Shown here: in pieces, positions 1 through 13,756 of the stretch
Numbering within the stretch: the first letter of the stretch is position 1
Layout: every line of letters starts with the position of its first letter
From: Octopus sinensis
Lineage: Eukaryota
DNA: 64,000 nucleotides
Assembly (NCBI RefSeq): GCF_006345805.1
Contig: NC_043012.1
Location: 30,132,001-30,196,000, forward strand
Reading direction: 5' to 3'
The notes under the pieces: model-generated
Seen by the model: only the letters and a program-made list of their open reading frames with translations
What the model was told of the DNA's origin: nothing
Databases searched by the model: none
Made by a program: the position numbers and the translations under genes

Positions 1-41
1 GGTGATGCTTGTTTACAACTATCATATGATATCAAAATAAG

Positions 42-81
<40 letters not shown>

Positions 82-243
82 GTGAATTTCTTTCAATTCC
101 TGTCTCCCAACTATATTCGCCAGGCTTTAGTTGGCATGGGGCTATAGTGGAAGATAGTCAGCCATGGTGCTATGCAGTGGGACTGAACCTGAAACCACAT
201 GGTTTGGCAGCAAAATTTTTAGCCACACTTCCACGTCTGCACC
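1..243 (-). mobile_element. tRNA-derived SINE, family 1 (head and body; runs off the window start)
   Basis: Reverse complement reads GGGTGCAGACGTGGAAGTGTGGCTAAAAATTTTGCTGCCAAACCATGTGGTTTCAGGTTCAGTCCCACTGCATAGCACC, matching the SINE head at 1324-1470, followed by an internal (TG)n. Confidence 0.75.
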
Positions 244-1323
244 CATTGGTGTGTATAAATAGTCTGAAGGTTAGATTCTAAAAGAATCTGTGTGAAACAC
301 TTTGTAATTTCATCTTCCTCCTCTTCACTCATTCAGCACTAAAATTACAAATTGCTTTTTCTTTCTTTATTTTTGTCTTTAATTTTGTCTATTCCTATTC
401 ACATTTTTTTCCTTCTTTGTTTTGCTTTTTCTTTCTTCCTTCTATCCTCACTCCTTCTCTTATTCATATACTCTTTCTTTTACTCACCCCTCTCTCCCCT
501 CGTCTTACTCCTTTCTTTTTTCTGTAGTTTCTGTGTATATATTTGCTGCCCTACCCACATCCAGTTTCTGCTGAGTGTTTATGTGTAACACTCAACAATT
601 GAACCTACCATCCACCCACCCCTGCATACCTACATCCTACTTTAAGCTACATAAATTACACTGCCACCTTCCTCCTATGTTTTTCGTTAACAAAACTGTA
701 TTGATTGATTGGTTACAGATAACGAGCCATTTCCTGTTCTCTTCTAAGCTACATTCCACCTATGTTCCTCATCAGGTCCCATTCTTCACTCCATTTAACC
801 TTTGTAATAACTGAAATGAACAGTACCCAAGATCATGTAAGACCAGTTTAAGCAAAGGTTTTATTACTATGGCTTCACTTGATATTGTAAATGAACTAAA
901 ATATAGAACTAAAATATGCATCCTACACAAGTTGGTGTATAATCTTCATCATGTGTCATGCTTACAGGCACTGGCAATCATGGATCCTTAACCTTCTCCT
1001 CTGCGACACTTAGTACATCATTGGGTCTGATAATATTGGATCATTCTTGTAACCAGCTGGTAAGGCCATCGAGTATCTTCTCTCTCTTTCTCTCTCGCCA
1101 GCTAGTTCTTACTTTCACTTTTCCCAGCATGTATTACTGATAGAGAAATATGGTGGAGTGGCTGTGAAATTAAAAGCAACAGTTGGGATTTTCGTAGATT
1201 AGGAAGATTTGAAAAGAAAGAATTTCTTTTTGTGTGCATCTGTGTCTTGGGTTGGAGTTTAGTGTAGGTTTCCATTTGTAAAAGTGAATGGATTTATGAA
1301 AGATGCTAAATGTTGTCAATATA

Positions 1324-1728
1324 GGAACAGGAGTGGCTGTGTGGTAAGTAGCTTGCTTACCAAGCACATGGTCCTGGGCTCAGTCCTACTGTGTGTCATC
1401 TTGGGCAAGTGTCTTCTACTATAGCCTTGGGCTGACCAAAGCCTTGTGAGTGGATTTGGTAGACGGAAACTGAAAGAAGCCCGTCGTATATATATATATA
1501 TATATATATAATTAAGTGTGTGTGTGTGTACATATGTTTGTGTGTCTGTGTTTGTCCCCCAGCCATCACTTGACAACCGATGTTGGTGTATTTACGTCCC
1601 CCATAACTTAGTGGTTCAGCAAAAAGAGAGTGATAGAATAAGTACTACGCTTCTGTAGAAATAAGTCTTGGGGTTGATTTGTTTGGCTAAAGGTGGTGCT
1701 TCAGCATAGCCGCAGTCAAATGACTAAA
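1324..1728 (+). mobile_element. Near full-length tRNA-derived SINE, family 1
   Basis: A-box-like TGGCTGTGTGG and B-box-like GGCTCAGTCC, then CTTGGGCAAGTGTCTTCTACTATAGCC, an internal (TA)n(TG)n and tail GGTGCTTCAGCATAGCCGCAGTCAAATGACT. Same sequence recurs many times in the window (e.g. 61757-62127 minus). Confidence 0.85.
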
Positions 1729-1752
1729 ATATATATATATATATATATATAT

Positions 1753-4700
1753 ACTGTAAACTACGAACACAAAAGATGATGCATCACAGATAAGCATTCC
1801 TTTAAATTCAACCCGTTTAACTACCATGTATTTCTGCGCGATTGATTAACCTTTATTAGTTTATCTCTCTTCTGTTTTACTCAGGTTAAATATATAACTC
1901 TATAGTTCCTTCTTACTTATCGATGTCTAAGATAAATTTAACTCGTGTATTTCCCCTAAATTTGCAACATATTCCCTCACTCATGAAAGTCCATCACACA
2001 GACATTTAGTCTCCAATTTTGTCTTAGACTCAGATTCTTCAATTCTGTCTACTATTACCAACATTTGCTGTCCCGTTAAATTAACTATCTCTCTCTCTCT
2101 CAATTATGTTTCTTAATACCTACAACGAAAAAATACCTTCCCCAAGAGATGCGCCCCTTCATGGTTGCTAGTTTTCGCAGTGCTCCCGCCCTCCCACCCC
2201 TCCACCTGTAGCGGAAGTCCCAATTTTGTCATCCTTGGTTGTCTCTCATGAACACTTCTAAAGGCTTCCGCCACCCCCACCTCCTGCTATATAAGGTAGT
2301 GATCATACAGTGGCAAAATATGATAGTGTAGTGTACGCGGTTTGAACTTAAGTCTATTGTTGTTTGCCTATGAATCCTGCCAAATGTGAGCTCTCTTTTC
2401 AGGTACATGATGCCGCAGTCCCCCGCCCCAGGGTCTCAAGGCCTCATACCTCCCACACCCTCAGGGTTGGCACTCTCAACGTTGACACACTGAAAAGTAG
2501 GTCTGGTGAGATTGTTGAGATGCTTGAACGGAGACGTGTTGATATGTGCTGCATCCAAGAATTTAGGTGGAGAGGAGGTTCTGCTAGGTTCCTCACAGGC
2601 AAAGAACACTGGTACAAGATTTTCTGGGCTGGGCACACTGACGGGGTTGAGGGTGTGGGTATACTTCTTGCAGAGAAATGGGTAGATAAGGTAATTGAGG
2701 TAGTCAGAGTATGCGACAGAATACTTAAGATTAGATTAGTGCTCCACCATGGGTTAGCAACCATTATCTTGGCCTATGTCCCTCAGCCAGGGCTACCCGA
2801 TGGACAGAAAGACTGATTCTATGATACCCTCTTGCAGACTACCGCGTTGACGAATGACAGGGACCTTCTCTTTGTGGCTGGTGACTTCAATGGACATGTT
2901 GTCAGCATTTCGGGGGCTTCCATGGCATACATGGAGGCTACGGTTTTGGCTCTCGCAATGAGCAGGGAACCAGACTGCTGGAGTTCCGTGATGCAAATGA
3001 TCTTATGGTTTGCAATACTAACTTCAGAAAACCTGCCAGCCACCTAGTCACCCACCGCTCCGGCAGACACACTAGTCAGATTGACTACATCCTCACTAGA
3101 AAAAGGGAAAGATGGCTGCTTATAAACGCCAAAACCTTCCCGGGTGAAGAATGTACTCCACAACATAGACTGGTAGTTAATGACTTCTGGGTAAGGGCTA
3201 AATGGATGCCCAGAAGACGACCAGCAGGGAGAAGAAGGGTCTGGAGACTTAAAGATCCCGCAAATGGACAGAGATTTAGAGACATATTACTCGAAGCTTT
3301 TGACGAAATAGAAGGGGATATAGCTTCACATGAGATAGAAGACAACTGGAGGTTCCTAGGGGACAACTTGCTAAGGGCCACCAACCAGATCTGTGGATGG
3401 TGCGAAGTCCCCTCTAGACACAAAATACCATGGTGGTGGAACAATATTGTTGACAGGGTTATTAGACAAAAGAAACAGGCTTGGAAGAACGGAGGTAGCA
3501 GGGAATTGTATCAGACTGCCAGAAGGGAAGCTAGGAGGTAGGTTTATTTAGCCAGAGGGGAAGCAGATAAGGAAAAATTTGCCAGTGTTCTGTGCTGTGA
3601 GGATGAAAGACTTGAGGTATTTCGTGTTGCAAGACAGTGTGTGAGAGAGAATCGTGATGTGGTAGGAGAGAAATGTGTTCGTATGGATGATGGTTCACTT
3701 GCGCTAAATGAGGATGCAAACAGAGAGGTTTGGAGACGCCACTATGAAAGGTTGCTGAATAAAGAAAATGAATGGGATAAAGAGATTCTGCCGAATGTCA
3801 ACCCAACAGAGGGACCAGTTATCCGAGTTGACAGTTCCTTGGTAGTTAAGGCAATTAGAAGCATGAAGACAGGGAAAGCCCCAGGCCCATCATGAATTAC
3901 TGCAGAGATGCTCAAAATATCTGGCAGTGTCAGCTATAGCCTAGTCACCTGTATAGTTAACCAGGTGATACACGAAGGAGTCATACCCAATGACTGGTGT
4001 AGCAGCATACTAGTCAACTGCTACAAAGGTAAAGGTGATGCCTTAGATACAAATAATTACAGAGGTATCAAGCTGTTGGATCAGGTAATGAAGGTTACGG
4101 AGAGGGTCATAGCCCAACTGATTAGGGAGAGAGTCAACTTGGATGAGATGCAGTTTGGTTTCGTGCCAGGGAAAAGCTCCACTGATGCCATATTTCTGGT
4201 GAGACAGCTGCAGGAGAAATACCTAGCCAAAGATAAGCCCCTGTACTTGGCTTTCGTTGACATGGAGAAAGCCTTTGACAGGGTCCCCCGATCCCTTATC
4301 TGGTGGTCAATGAGGAAACTAGGGATAGATGAATGGTTAGTGAGATCTGTGCAAGCCATGTACAGGGACGCTGTAAGTAAGGTAAGGATTGGCAACGAGT
4401 ACACTGAAGAATTCAAGTTAGAGGTTGGGGTCCACCAGGGTTCAGTCCTCAGCCCCCTCCTATTTATCATAGTCTTCCAGGCCATGCTACATGGTAGTGA
4501 AACATGGGCTGTGACTGCTGAGGATATGCGTAAGCTCACAAAGAATGAAGCCAGTATGCTCCGATGTATGTGTATGTCAGTGTGCATACTCAACAGAGTG
4601 TAAGTACCTTGAGAGAAATGTTGGACCTAAGAAGCATCAGATGTGGTGTGCAAGAGAGACGACTGCACTGGTATGGTCATGTGGCGAGAATGGATGAGGA

Positions 4701-5512
4701 TAGCTGTGTGAAAAAGTGCCACACCCTAGCGGTTGAGGGAACCTGTGGAAGAGGTAGACCCAGGAAGACCTGGGATGAAGTGGTGAAGCATGACCTTCAA
4801 TCATTAGGCTTCACCAAGGAAATGACTAGTGACCGAGACCTTTGGAAATATGCTGTGCTCGAGAAGACCCGGCAAGCCAGATGAGACCATAACCTGTGGC
4901 CTATGCCAGGAGCATAACCTGCCCACTCATGCATACCTTTTCCTTCTTTGGTCACTAAACTTTGCTTGCAAAAAACCTGTTGAGGCAAGTGAAATCAAAA
5001 TCAAAATCATTTCGATGACTGGCATCCGTGCTAGCGGGGTGCAAAGAGCACCATACGAGTGTGATCGTTGACAGAGCGGCGGCTATTTGAGTATGATTGT
5101 TACCAGCGTCGCCTTACTGGCACTTATGCCTATGCTAGTAGGGTGCCAAGAACACCATCCGAGCGTGATTGTTGCCAGAGGAGCCAACTGGCTTCTGTAC
5201 CCGTGGAACGTAAAAGGGCACCATTGGAGCGTGATCGTGACCAACGTCGCTTGACTGGCCCCTGTGCCGGTGGCACGTGTAAAATGATTCGAGCGAGGTC
5301 ATTGCCAGTACCTCCTGACTGGCCTTGTGCCGGTGGCACGTAAAAAGCATCCACTACACTCTCAGAGTGGTTGGCGTTAGGAAGGGCATCCAGCTGTAGA
5401 AACTGCCAGATCAAGACTGGAGCCTGGTGCAGCCATCTGGTTTGTCGGCCTTCAGTCAAAATCGTCCAACCCATGCTAGCATGGAAAGCGGACGTTAAAC
5501 GATGATGATGAT
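1753..5512 (+). mobile_element. RTE-clade non-LTR retrotransposon, near full length and inactive (APE endonuclease + RT with internal deletion)
   Basis: APE motifs GTLNV, IQE, AGDFN and SQIDYIL in ORFs 2364-3541. RT motifs GKAPGP, YRGIKLL, QFGF, AFVDMEKAFDRV and GVHQGSVLSP in 3641-4480. C-terminal RLHWYGHV and GRGRPRKTW. 3' UTR ends in (GAT)n. Stops and frameshifts throughout. The 5' boundary after the (TA)n at ~1753 is inferred. Confidence 0.92.
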
Positions 5513-6579
5513 ACATATTTATCCTTTGATCAGTTCTGATTAAGCAGATCAAAACATTCCATTTATGACCATTCCATCTAATTTCTTGACAATATATTTA
5601 CAACTAAATTATCATTCAATGAGTTGTTTCTCCTATTACAAGCAAGGTGTGTTTTTTGAGGGTTAGTGTGGTTGCACTTTCTAGCAGTTTGTAGAGGTTA
5701 CCTTGTTATCTTGTTCTCTTTCTGTTATTGTGTCAATGTATTATTTATTAAAGCTTCAGTAGTTGAATGGCTTGCATTGCATTATTACTGTGTAATGTTC
5801 TCTTAAAGTACATTAATTACTTTGCTTGCTTCAGTTGATCTTCGTGAATTTATTAAGTACAGCTGACAGTTTAGCATCAGGATACTGGTAAAATAGTTGA
5901 CCTGAAAATTCTTAGGAAATGATCCTGAAATTTACAGAGCCATTCTGACTGAGATTAATATGGAAAACGAAGGAAGAAAATTGAAATTTACCTTTGGAAT
6001 TTAGAACCTACCACTAATATTGTGTGTTGGTTTTCTATTTTCTAATCTTCATTATTGATATTACTCTAGGGATATGGTAGTGGTGGTGGAGTGATTGGTA
6101 TTATTGCCAGTGTCAGATAAAAATGCCTTGAGATATTTATTCTAACTCTTTATGTCCCTGAATGTAAATCCTGCCAAGATCAACTTTACCGTTCATCTTT
6201 CTGTCCCTCCCCTCAAAAATTTCTGGCCTTGTGCCTAAATTGGAAATCATTTGTAGCATTACAACAGCCTTCTTTCTCTCTCTGCTAAACATGATTCTAT
6301 GGGGATTTATGATGTACTGTGTTTTAGTTTTGACTTTAAGAGTTTCAAGTGACACTGAGCTGAGCTTAGTTTTCATCTCTTTCAAACAAACTTGGTTGTC
6401 AGTTGTTGTTTAGCCCCAGGTCAACCTTGATTTGAGCAGACTTATGATAGAAAAGAGGTTTCAGATATGACCACTCTGATATTTAGACTACAGTCTTCAG
6501 GACCTGTCAGATCCTGTAAAAGTGTCCAACCCATGCCAACATGGATCTTAAATAATAGCAGTAATAATAATAATAATAA

Positions 6580-6943
6580 CTAGCACTATGACCCGGCAAC
6601 GCCGGGTCATAGTGCTAGTGCATGCATATACAGCTGCATGCGTGTGCACATACATGTGAATACTGTCCAAATCTCCGACCAATGACATACATGTAGCTGG
6701 CATTCAATTGGCATATCAAGTTTCAGGCATTTTGATTGGGTTTTGGATAGAAAATTCACAAAAAAGTCACTTCTATTGATTTTTTAATAGCTTTGTGGGG
6801 TGACTGGGGAAATGTAAAGATGTGCACGACCAACCTTGGACGGTTTTGAATGATCATAGAAAGTGCGAGCCCTCTAACTGAAAAATTGTGGATTTGTATA
6901 AAGGACACACACGCAGACATTTTGCCGTTTATATACATAGAGA
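6580..6943 (-). mobile_element. Non-autonomous Helitron
   Basis: On the minus strand it starts TC(TCTATGTATATAAAC) and ends CTAG, inserted at A^T within a (TAA)n tract with no TSD. Terminal GC-rich hairpin GACCCGGC-AAC-GCCGGGTC. Confidence 0.8.
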
Positions 6944-8084
6944 TAATGATGAGGACTATATTATTTGATGTAGCTTTCCTTTTTTTTCTTTCTTTCTTTT
7001 AAATAGACAGGTATGATTTCAGTGAAGATTGACTGTGATTTCTAGCTGGTTGGGTGACTATGTAGAGAGCCTTTCATTAGTTTGTAGTTATTTATGAAGG
7101 GTTAATTCAAATGATGATACTGCCTCTTTACAAAACTTGGCTTTTCACTTTGATAAAAAAGAAAAAGAAAAAAAAAATCAGTGTAACATTTCCAACTGAA
7201 AAGTCAACAGGTTTTTATATACTTTACCTGTACTCCTTCATACTCTTTGATACTCCTTTTATTTGTTTTTGCTTCTTATTTATTCACTTTTGTTTTCCAA
7301 TAAAACCACTTTCAAAGTCTTCCACAACTGGTTAGATTTGCTGACATTTCAACTCAGAACTATAACCAACCTACCTTCCTTTCTACCTGCCTAACCAGCC
7401 ATCAATGTACATATCATTCCTCCCTATCTATCTATGTACCAATGTACCTCTCTACCTATCTAATTACTTCTTAGTCAATCAGGCCAGTACCTGCCCAGCC
7501 TTTCCTATAGTTTAGTTTACCTAATTAGTGGTGAAGGTTAAGTATGTGTTACCTAAAGGCACATCCTGGCACAGCTCACCCAGAAGCACAAGTATGGAGA
7601 GCCAAGACCTGACACTCTCAGCAAGGAGTCATTGTTGCATCAATGAAGTAAGCTGCTCTGTTTATCATATTTTCTGTTTTTAACGTTTACTCGGTCACTC
7701 TTGCTGCAGCTATGAAAACTGAAATTGTCGTTTTAGCATTTCATGCAAATTTTCCTGACCAGTTTAATCATCTGCACAAAATCAATGATGAGACAGTTAT
7801 CTGTTACACATACACACATCCTCACTTCCTGCTGTAGAGACAGTTTATTGTTTTTACTCAATTTCAGGGATATTGAGCCAAAAATCTAAGTGATGTGATG
7901 TCAGCCAAGAAGCATTATTGATATTTCAGGGTGAAGTAATAGAATAAAGCAATTTTCAAGTTGTAGACTAAAAGTTTTACACTAGAGGTTGGCTGAAATG
8001 TTTTAACTTGTTAAATATCTTTAAGTCTGTGATTTTTCTTTATCTTTTGTGTTTATAATAATAATAATAATAATAATGATGATG

Positions 8085-8515
8085 ATGATAATAATTTTAA
8101 CATCCACTTTGCTATGCTTGCATGAGTCAGCATTTGAGGCAGATTTTCTACAGCTGGTTGCCCTCCCTGTTGTTGACCCTTACCCGTTTCCGAGCAAGGT
8201 AACATTTCCCCATGGCCAGACATGCTTTAGCAGAATGTTGAAAGTGGTTAACATTCAGTTATAACGATCAAACAGCCAAGATAAGGAGATACAAACATAC
8301 ACACATTCTCTCTCTCTTTCTGTCTCTGTCTGTCTGTCTGTCTGTCTCCCTCTCTCCCTCTCTCTCACACAATGGACTACTTTCAATTTCTGTCTACCAG
8401 ATTCACTCATAAGGCTTTGGCAAGCCCAAGGCTATAGTTGAAGACACCCAAGGTGCTATAGAACCTGGAACCATGTGGTTGGAAAATAAACTTCTTAAGC
8501 ACACAACTATACCTG
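8085..8515 (-). mobile_element. Decayed SINE (tRNA head + RTE-like 3' tail)
   Basis: Head resembles family 1 (CCATGTGGTTGGAAAATAAACTTCTT on +). Tail TTTAACATCCACTTTGCTATGCTTGCATG...TTCTACAGCTGGTTGCCCT matches the reverse complement of the RTE 3' end. Confidence 0.65.
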
Positions 8516-8538
8516 AGCTTATGTATATATATATTATG

Positions 8539-8571
<33 letters not shown>

Positions 8572-10134
8572 ATATATTGTCAAAATCATTTCCTAATGCC
8601 TGTCTGCATAACAACTCTTATCACTATCACATCATGGATAGCATTAATTAACTCTGTCGTTAGCATATTTCTGTTAATATACACTGCTTTTGGTTCAATT
8701 CATTTTGAAAATAATGAAGAATATAGTAAAATAGTTTTGCCATTATTAGGCTGGTTCTTGGAACATTAACATTGATATGGCACAGTATGAATACACCAAA
8801 AATATGTTGGCTCTCATGGTTTGAAAAAAAACTTTAAAACCATAATATTTTGTTATTAAAAACTAGTCTAAGAAGTCTTGGGGTAACTGAGTTAAGATTG
8901 TGTACCTAAATGACAGGTAGCTCTTTGTTGGTCAGTCTTAGATTATGTCTAAATATGATAGTTTGCTTTCATCTAGTTTATCTAATGTGCCCCACCTTTA
9001 AAGACAGCAAGATGTGATTTAAAGGATGTTTTGGCTGCTATTACTAGCAGGTTGAAGAACCATGTTAGAGGTTTTCTCTTCAGTTGTATCTGAAAGAAAG
9101 ACAAAACAGGGATGTTTCAGCTAGAATGTTTTGATCCTGCAGGCCTGCTGCTAACCTGGGGTTAAACAACAACAACAATAATAAGAGTCAGAAGTCATGA
9201 TCATTCATTCATCTGCTTCCAGGTGTTGTTAGCAACATATGTTGGCATTGTGAGGAGGCTAAGCATGTGTTAATTACTTATCTCTGGTAATGACTTTTAT
9301 TAAATCTTGTTTGCATGGACACACACAGTTAATGTGGATAATAATGAAATGACAATGAATATGATGATGATGATGTTGATAGCTGGGTGGATGGAGAAGT
9401 GGTGAAATGTTAACATCCCCCCCCACTTTCCCATAATAAATATTAAAACCATTTGGTCACACATTCAACCATTTTCTTGTAATCCAGAGAAAAGAGTCGT
9501 TAATTACCAGCTGATCGTTTCAACTACCCAAGTTGGCAGTTTTCATATTTCTGTCATATCATCAATCAATGTGTGTGTGTGTGTGTGAGACTTGACATTT
9601 TTAGAAGAGATTTATGTGGGTATTAGGGTGTATGTGCACATGGCTGTGTGTATGCTCGTGTGTTAGTTAATTTTGTGAAGGTCATGAAAATAATATTATC
9701 ATTTATCATCTAAACATCTCAAACGATGTTATTTTTTAATTCTCTCTTTTCAAGTTGACATCAAGACCCACAAAGTTGAGAATGTTCTCTTTTTAATTTA
9801 ACCCATTCATTGATTGTTGGTTGTTAAACTTTTTAATTCAAGTTTTTTTTAATTACATTTCTGTATAGCTACTTCTTAATACTTTATGCATACACCCTCA
9901 GATGTGTACATACATGTGTAGTTACAAGTAGTTTTATGCTTTTGTAATTACAAAATGTCCTGACCAATGTATAAATACATCAGCTCACACTTAAATCTCT
10001 TTAAAATAGTCTTGACATTTTTTTGCAAGTTTTTTCTTTCTACTTTGTACTAAATATTAAATGGTTTTAATATTTACACATCATCATCATCACCACTGCA
10101 TCTGTTTTTCCATTTTAGCATGTGTTAAATTAAT

Positions 10135-10341
10135 CCCCTTTTAATATGAATCCACCCAAGACAGCCCCTTGTTCCTGGTTTTGAGTGATCTAAATTAAAA
10201 ATTTCCTTTAAAATTCCATGTCAATTTATGTTCCAAATACCAGCTTTAATAATGATAGTTATTTTGTTAAATTCTTTGTTATTTTTAAAGTTAATTGAAA
10301 CAAAATTAGTGTATTTCAACAGAAATATGGTGACGAAAGGG
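10135..10341. mobile_element. piggyBac-like MITE (degenerate)
   Basis: Ends TTAA(T)CCCCTTTT ... AAAGGG|TTAA around an AT-rich interior; a partial inverted copy of the interior lies at ~8640-8780. Confidence 0.45.
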
Positions 10342-13300
10342 TTAAACCAGAGGCAGATTTTGTAGTCAGATGCTCTTCCTGTTGTCAATTTTACTAACCC
10401 TTATCTGCTTTCCAAATAAGGTATTTTCATTGCAGAAGCCCTTACTTGTCTCTCTCTCTCTCTCTCGCACACACACATGCACACACACGCACACACTGGC
10501 TTATGACCAAATTTGTTCGTAAGGCATTGCTTGGACTGGGTTGATAGTGGAAGAGGTGTCAGGTAGTGGAGACTGAATCTGAAACCATGTAGTTGTAAAG
10601 CAAGCTTCTTGACTCCATAACCCATGCCTGTGGTGTGTGTGTGTGTGTGGTATGGAAATGTCTTGTGCTTAAGGAAGTTGACCATTTGGTAGTACAAGTT
10701 CTTCGTACAGGATGAGTTTGATATAGAATAAGTTGTTATACATAGATTGTGACATAGTGAGCTGTGATTGGCTCTTATGGGGAGGTGGACCGAAATGGCT
10801 GAAGCAGAACCTATTTCTGACCGATAGACTGTCCTCCTCTGTATTTGGTTTCAGTAGATCTGGAATCTATCAGCTTAAAGCTAGATAAACTGATTGGTTA
10901 GTAGCTAGATTAAATTGATCTGGTTGATGTTTTTTCCACAAAAATAAATGAACTGTAAAAATGGAGATTGATGTATTTTGATTGGGATTATAATGAAATA
11001 ATACCTGTGGTGAGTTTGAACTTGTGATCTATGAGTAGGTGGTTCAATACCTTATCCATTTATCCACCAGTCTTCTCACTCTCTCTACCTCTCTTCTACA
11101 TGTGCTTGTTGCCCCCCCCCCCACACACATCAGGTGGTTAATCTTGTAATGATGATTCAGTCTATTAGTAATGAGTGATTCTAGGACAGAATGGCTGAAG
11201 TGGTTTTTGTTTTTGTTTTTAACTTCTGAGGGCTTTGTGAACTGATCTGAACCCATTCACCACAAGCTATTGAAACTCTTATATCAATTATATAACGAAG
11301 GAACTAACGTCAAATGGTATCCATTTACAGCTGGGTGGATTACATCACTGTGTTAAGTGTCTTTCACTGTGAATTTAGCCGACCGCTCCTGGTGGGCTAA
11401 AAATAACTGACCAGTACACTAATGATTGAAAGATAAATAACTCTGGGGTGGCACAACCCCAGTGAAACCTCAAGTATTTTTAAGGACTGCTGCTTTAAGT
11501 ATCCATCAGGGCCAATTCTTGGTTTTGGTTTCATGCTTATTAAGCAAATAAACGATATCTTGTTATTATTCAGACAAAACACTAATCTAGTGCAGTTAAC
11601 ATTATTGGAATATTTTGTAAATTTTTTTGAACAGATTTGTAAACCGAGACATAAAATACTCTCCTGTCTTCTGACACACACTGAGAAACCCAAAGAAGAT
11701 TTTTGCATTTTGGCTTCGTTTCTCAGTAGTCTTGTATCTTATTTAATTGTAATTCTAACATTTCTTCTCACTTGTGTCATAATGCAGAACACACATGTAC
11801 GTGTGTGTGCACACACACACACACATTCAAGTATTTTTCTCGTGAAAGTTCCTTAGTAGAAAATAAAATAAAAATGAAATTGTATAACGGTAGGTACAGG
11901 GTTTTGCTAAATCGGGTTAAAGATCAAAAGTCAGATTGAATTTCATGTTTATTTCTTAAGCCTCGAGATTGGTGTGGTACCAAACTTTTAGTAGTCATGG
12001 CTCCAGAAGGAAATTTCTTTTCTCTTTTAATAAGTTAGTGAGAGATGAGAGAAATAGTATCCATAATCTTTGCCAATTCTGGTGAAATTGATGATTGATG
12101 TTCAGCCTGACCACCTGTAGATTAGTGTTAGTAGGGGTGGGGCAAGTGGAGAGATCTGGAGATCAAATCCAGATGTTTACTATAATTGTTTTTTACCAAT
12201 CTTTTCTAGATCTAATTCCAGTATAAATTTAGATATTGGTGTACATTAGTTTGTTCCATTGGGTTTGGTAGTCTTGGTGGCACTCATTTTCTTCCCAGAG
12301 TATAGGTGCTCTTGGCCTTTGATAGGCTTTGTTTCTTAATTCTGTTGGGTGCTCACATGTCCTCCTCACTGGCTATCCCGGAAAATGGAGCAGTTCAGTC
12401 ACCACCAACCATGCTATCATGAGCAGGTGCTATTTGATTACATGGTTACCTGAGCAGGTTTTCATCAGTCTGTGGTAGAATTAGTTCTGACCTGGTAAGC
12501 AACTGTGTAAACTTGGGGAAAAGTTATCCAAGAACCAGTTTGTGGTGATGGTAGTATTAAACTGTTGTTATGCCCACCAATTTTACCGGGAAAAGTATGA
12601 AATATTACAAACACACAACATCACACTCTGTATAAAAATCTGATGCTTCATTTCTAGACTTGATGCAAAAGACAACACTAGACTTGATACTTTATGACTG
12701 ATGTTTCCAGTTCAAATACAACCAGCATTTAGTGTTGGATAAATTCTAATTCGGTTGATGGATAATAGGAGTTGAGATATTGGTTGATTTGAGAAGGTAC
12801 CAAGGGATTTGGTAAACATCACAAACTGTTTGCTGAAGAAATTCTTATTAAGATGGTGGTGGATCTAGTGTGTATGTCTTTTGTTTTTTACTTGTTTCAG
12901 TGTTTGGACTGTGGCCATACTGGAGCACCACTTAGAAGAGTATTAGTTGAACAAATTGCTTCCAGTACTTTGTTTTTTTTTAAAGTCTTGTACTTGTTCT
13001 ATTGGTTTCTTTTGCTGAACCACTAAGGTATGTTGATGTAAACAAACCAACACCTAAATACACAAAGGACACATTAGATAATTTAGTTTTAAAATGGTTC
13101 TTAAAAAGACAGGATGTCATGATTGAAACACTTTTCATCGTAAGTCTGCTCAATCAGAATTGACTTGGGGTTGAATGACAGCATCAGCAACAACAACCAT
13201 TCTTTGACTTTCAGATGATATTTTCACTGTTTTTACATTGGAGTTTGCCATGAAGATGGGTTTAAGTAAACTTGATCAGGTCAGGTCAGCCTTTTCATTC

Positions 13301-13756
13301 CTTGGAGAAATATCAGCAGTGGAGCAATTTGACTCGGCACAATGTTTAAATTTAAGGAAGCAATTGAGCTTTTGATTATTTAGATGCTTATCAGGATCAG
13401 ATGAAGTAGTTGGTGATTTAAGCAGTTAATCCCACCAGCTCTGCCTTGAAGATGACATCAAATAAGAATAATTCTTCTGAAATTCATAATGCCTTTTATG
13501 TTGCAGGATTTATTTTGAAATATTTTTGTAGGGAATGTGGTTATGTCTGTTTAACACCTTTCGGTATTGCAGTGTTGAGTTCTTTTTGCAATCAAGTAGT
13601 TTCAGTTATGGGATCACAACCATTTATCTTTTACCTTGTTCAACGAAGCCATATGAATGAGATTGGATTGCTGAAAACTGCACAAACCTGTTGAATAGAC
13701 TGTACTTGTAGCAGATGTAATCTGTCTGTTTAGCCCCTTTACATAACTGTTACTAA

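Noticed and set aside
740-782. CTGATGA on the minus strand (TCATCAG at ~770); similar hits at ~43984, 45665, 48214 and 54710
   Set aside because: No stem II followed by GAAA and NUH. The hit at 54710 is the Tc1 FTDET codons.
1324-1400. tRNA genes
   Set aside because: A/B-box-like sequences belong to SINE heads; no complete cloverleaf was seen.
2100-2360. HDV-like ribozyme in the RTE 5' UTR (known from some RTE elements)
   Set aside because: I could not assemble the nested double-pseudoknot pairings by eye; a descriptor search would be needed.
5018-5355. Repeat-spacer-like array resembling a CRISPR
   Set aside because: Units are degenerate, the spacers are homologous to each other, the array lies in a LINE 3' UTR of an animal genome, and no cas genes are present.
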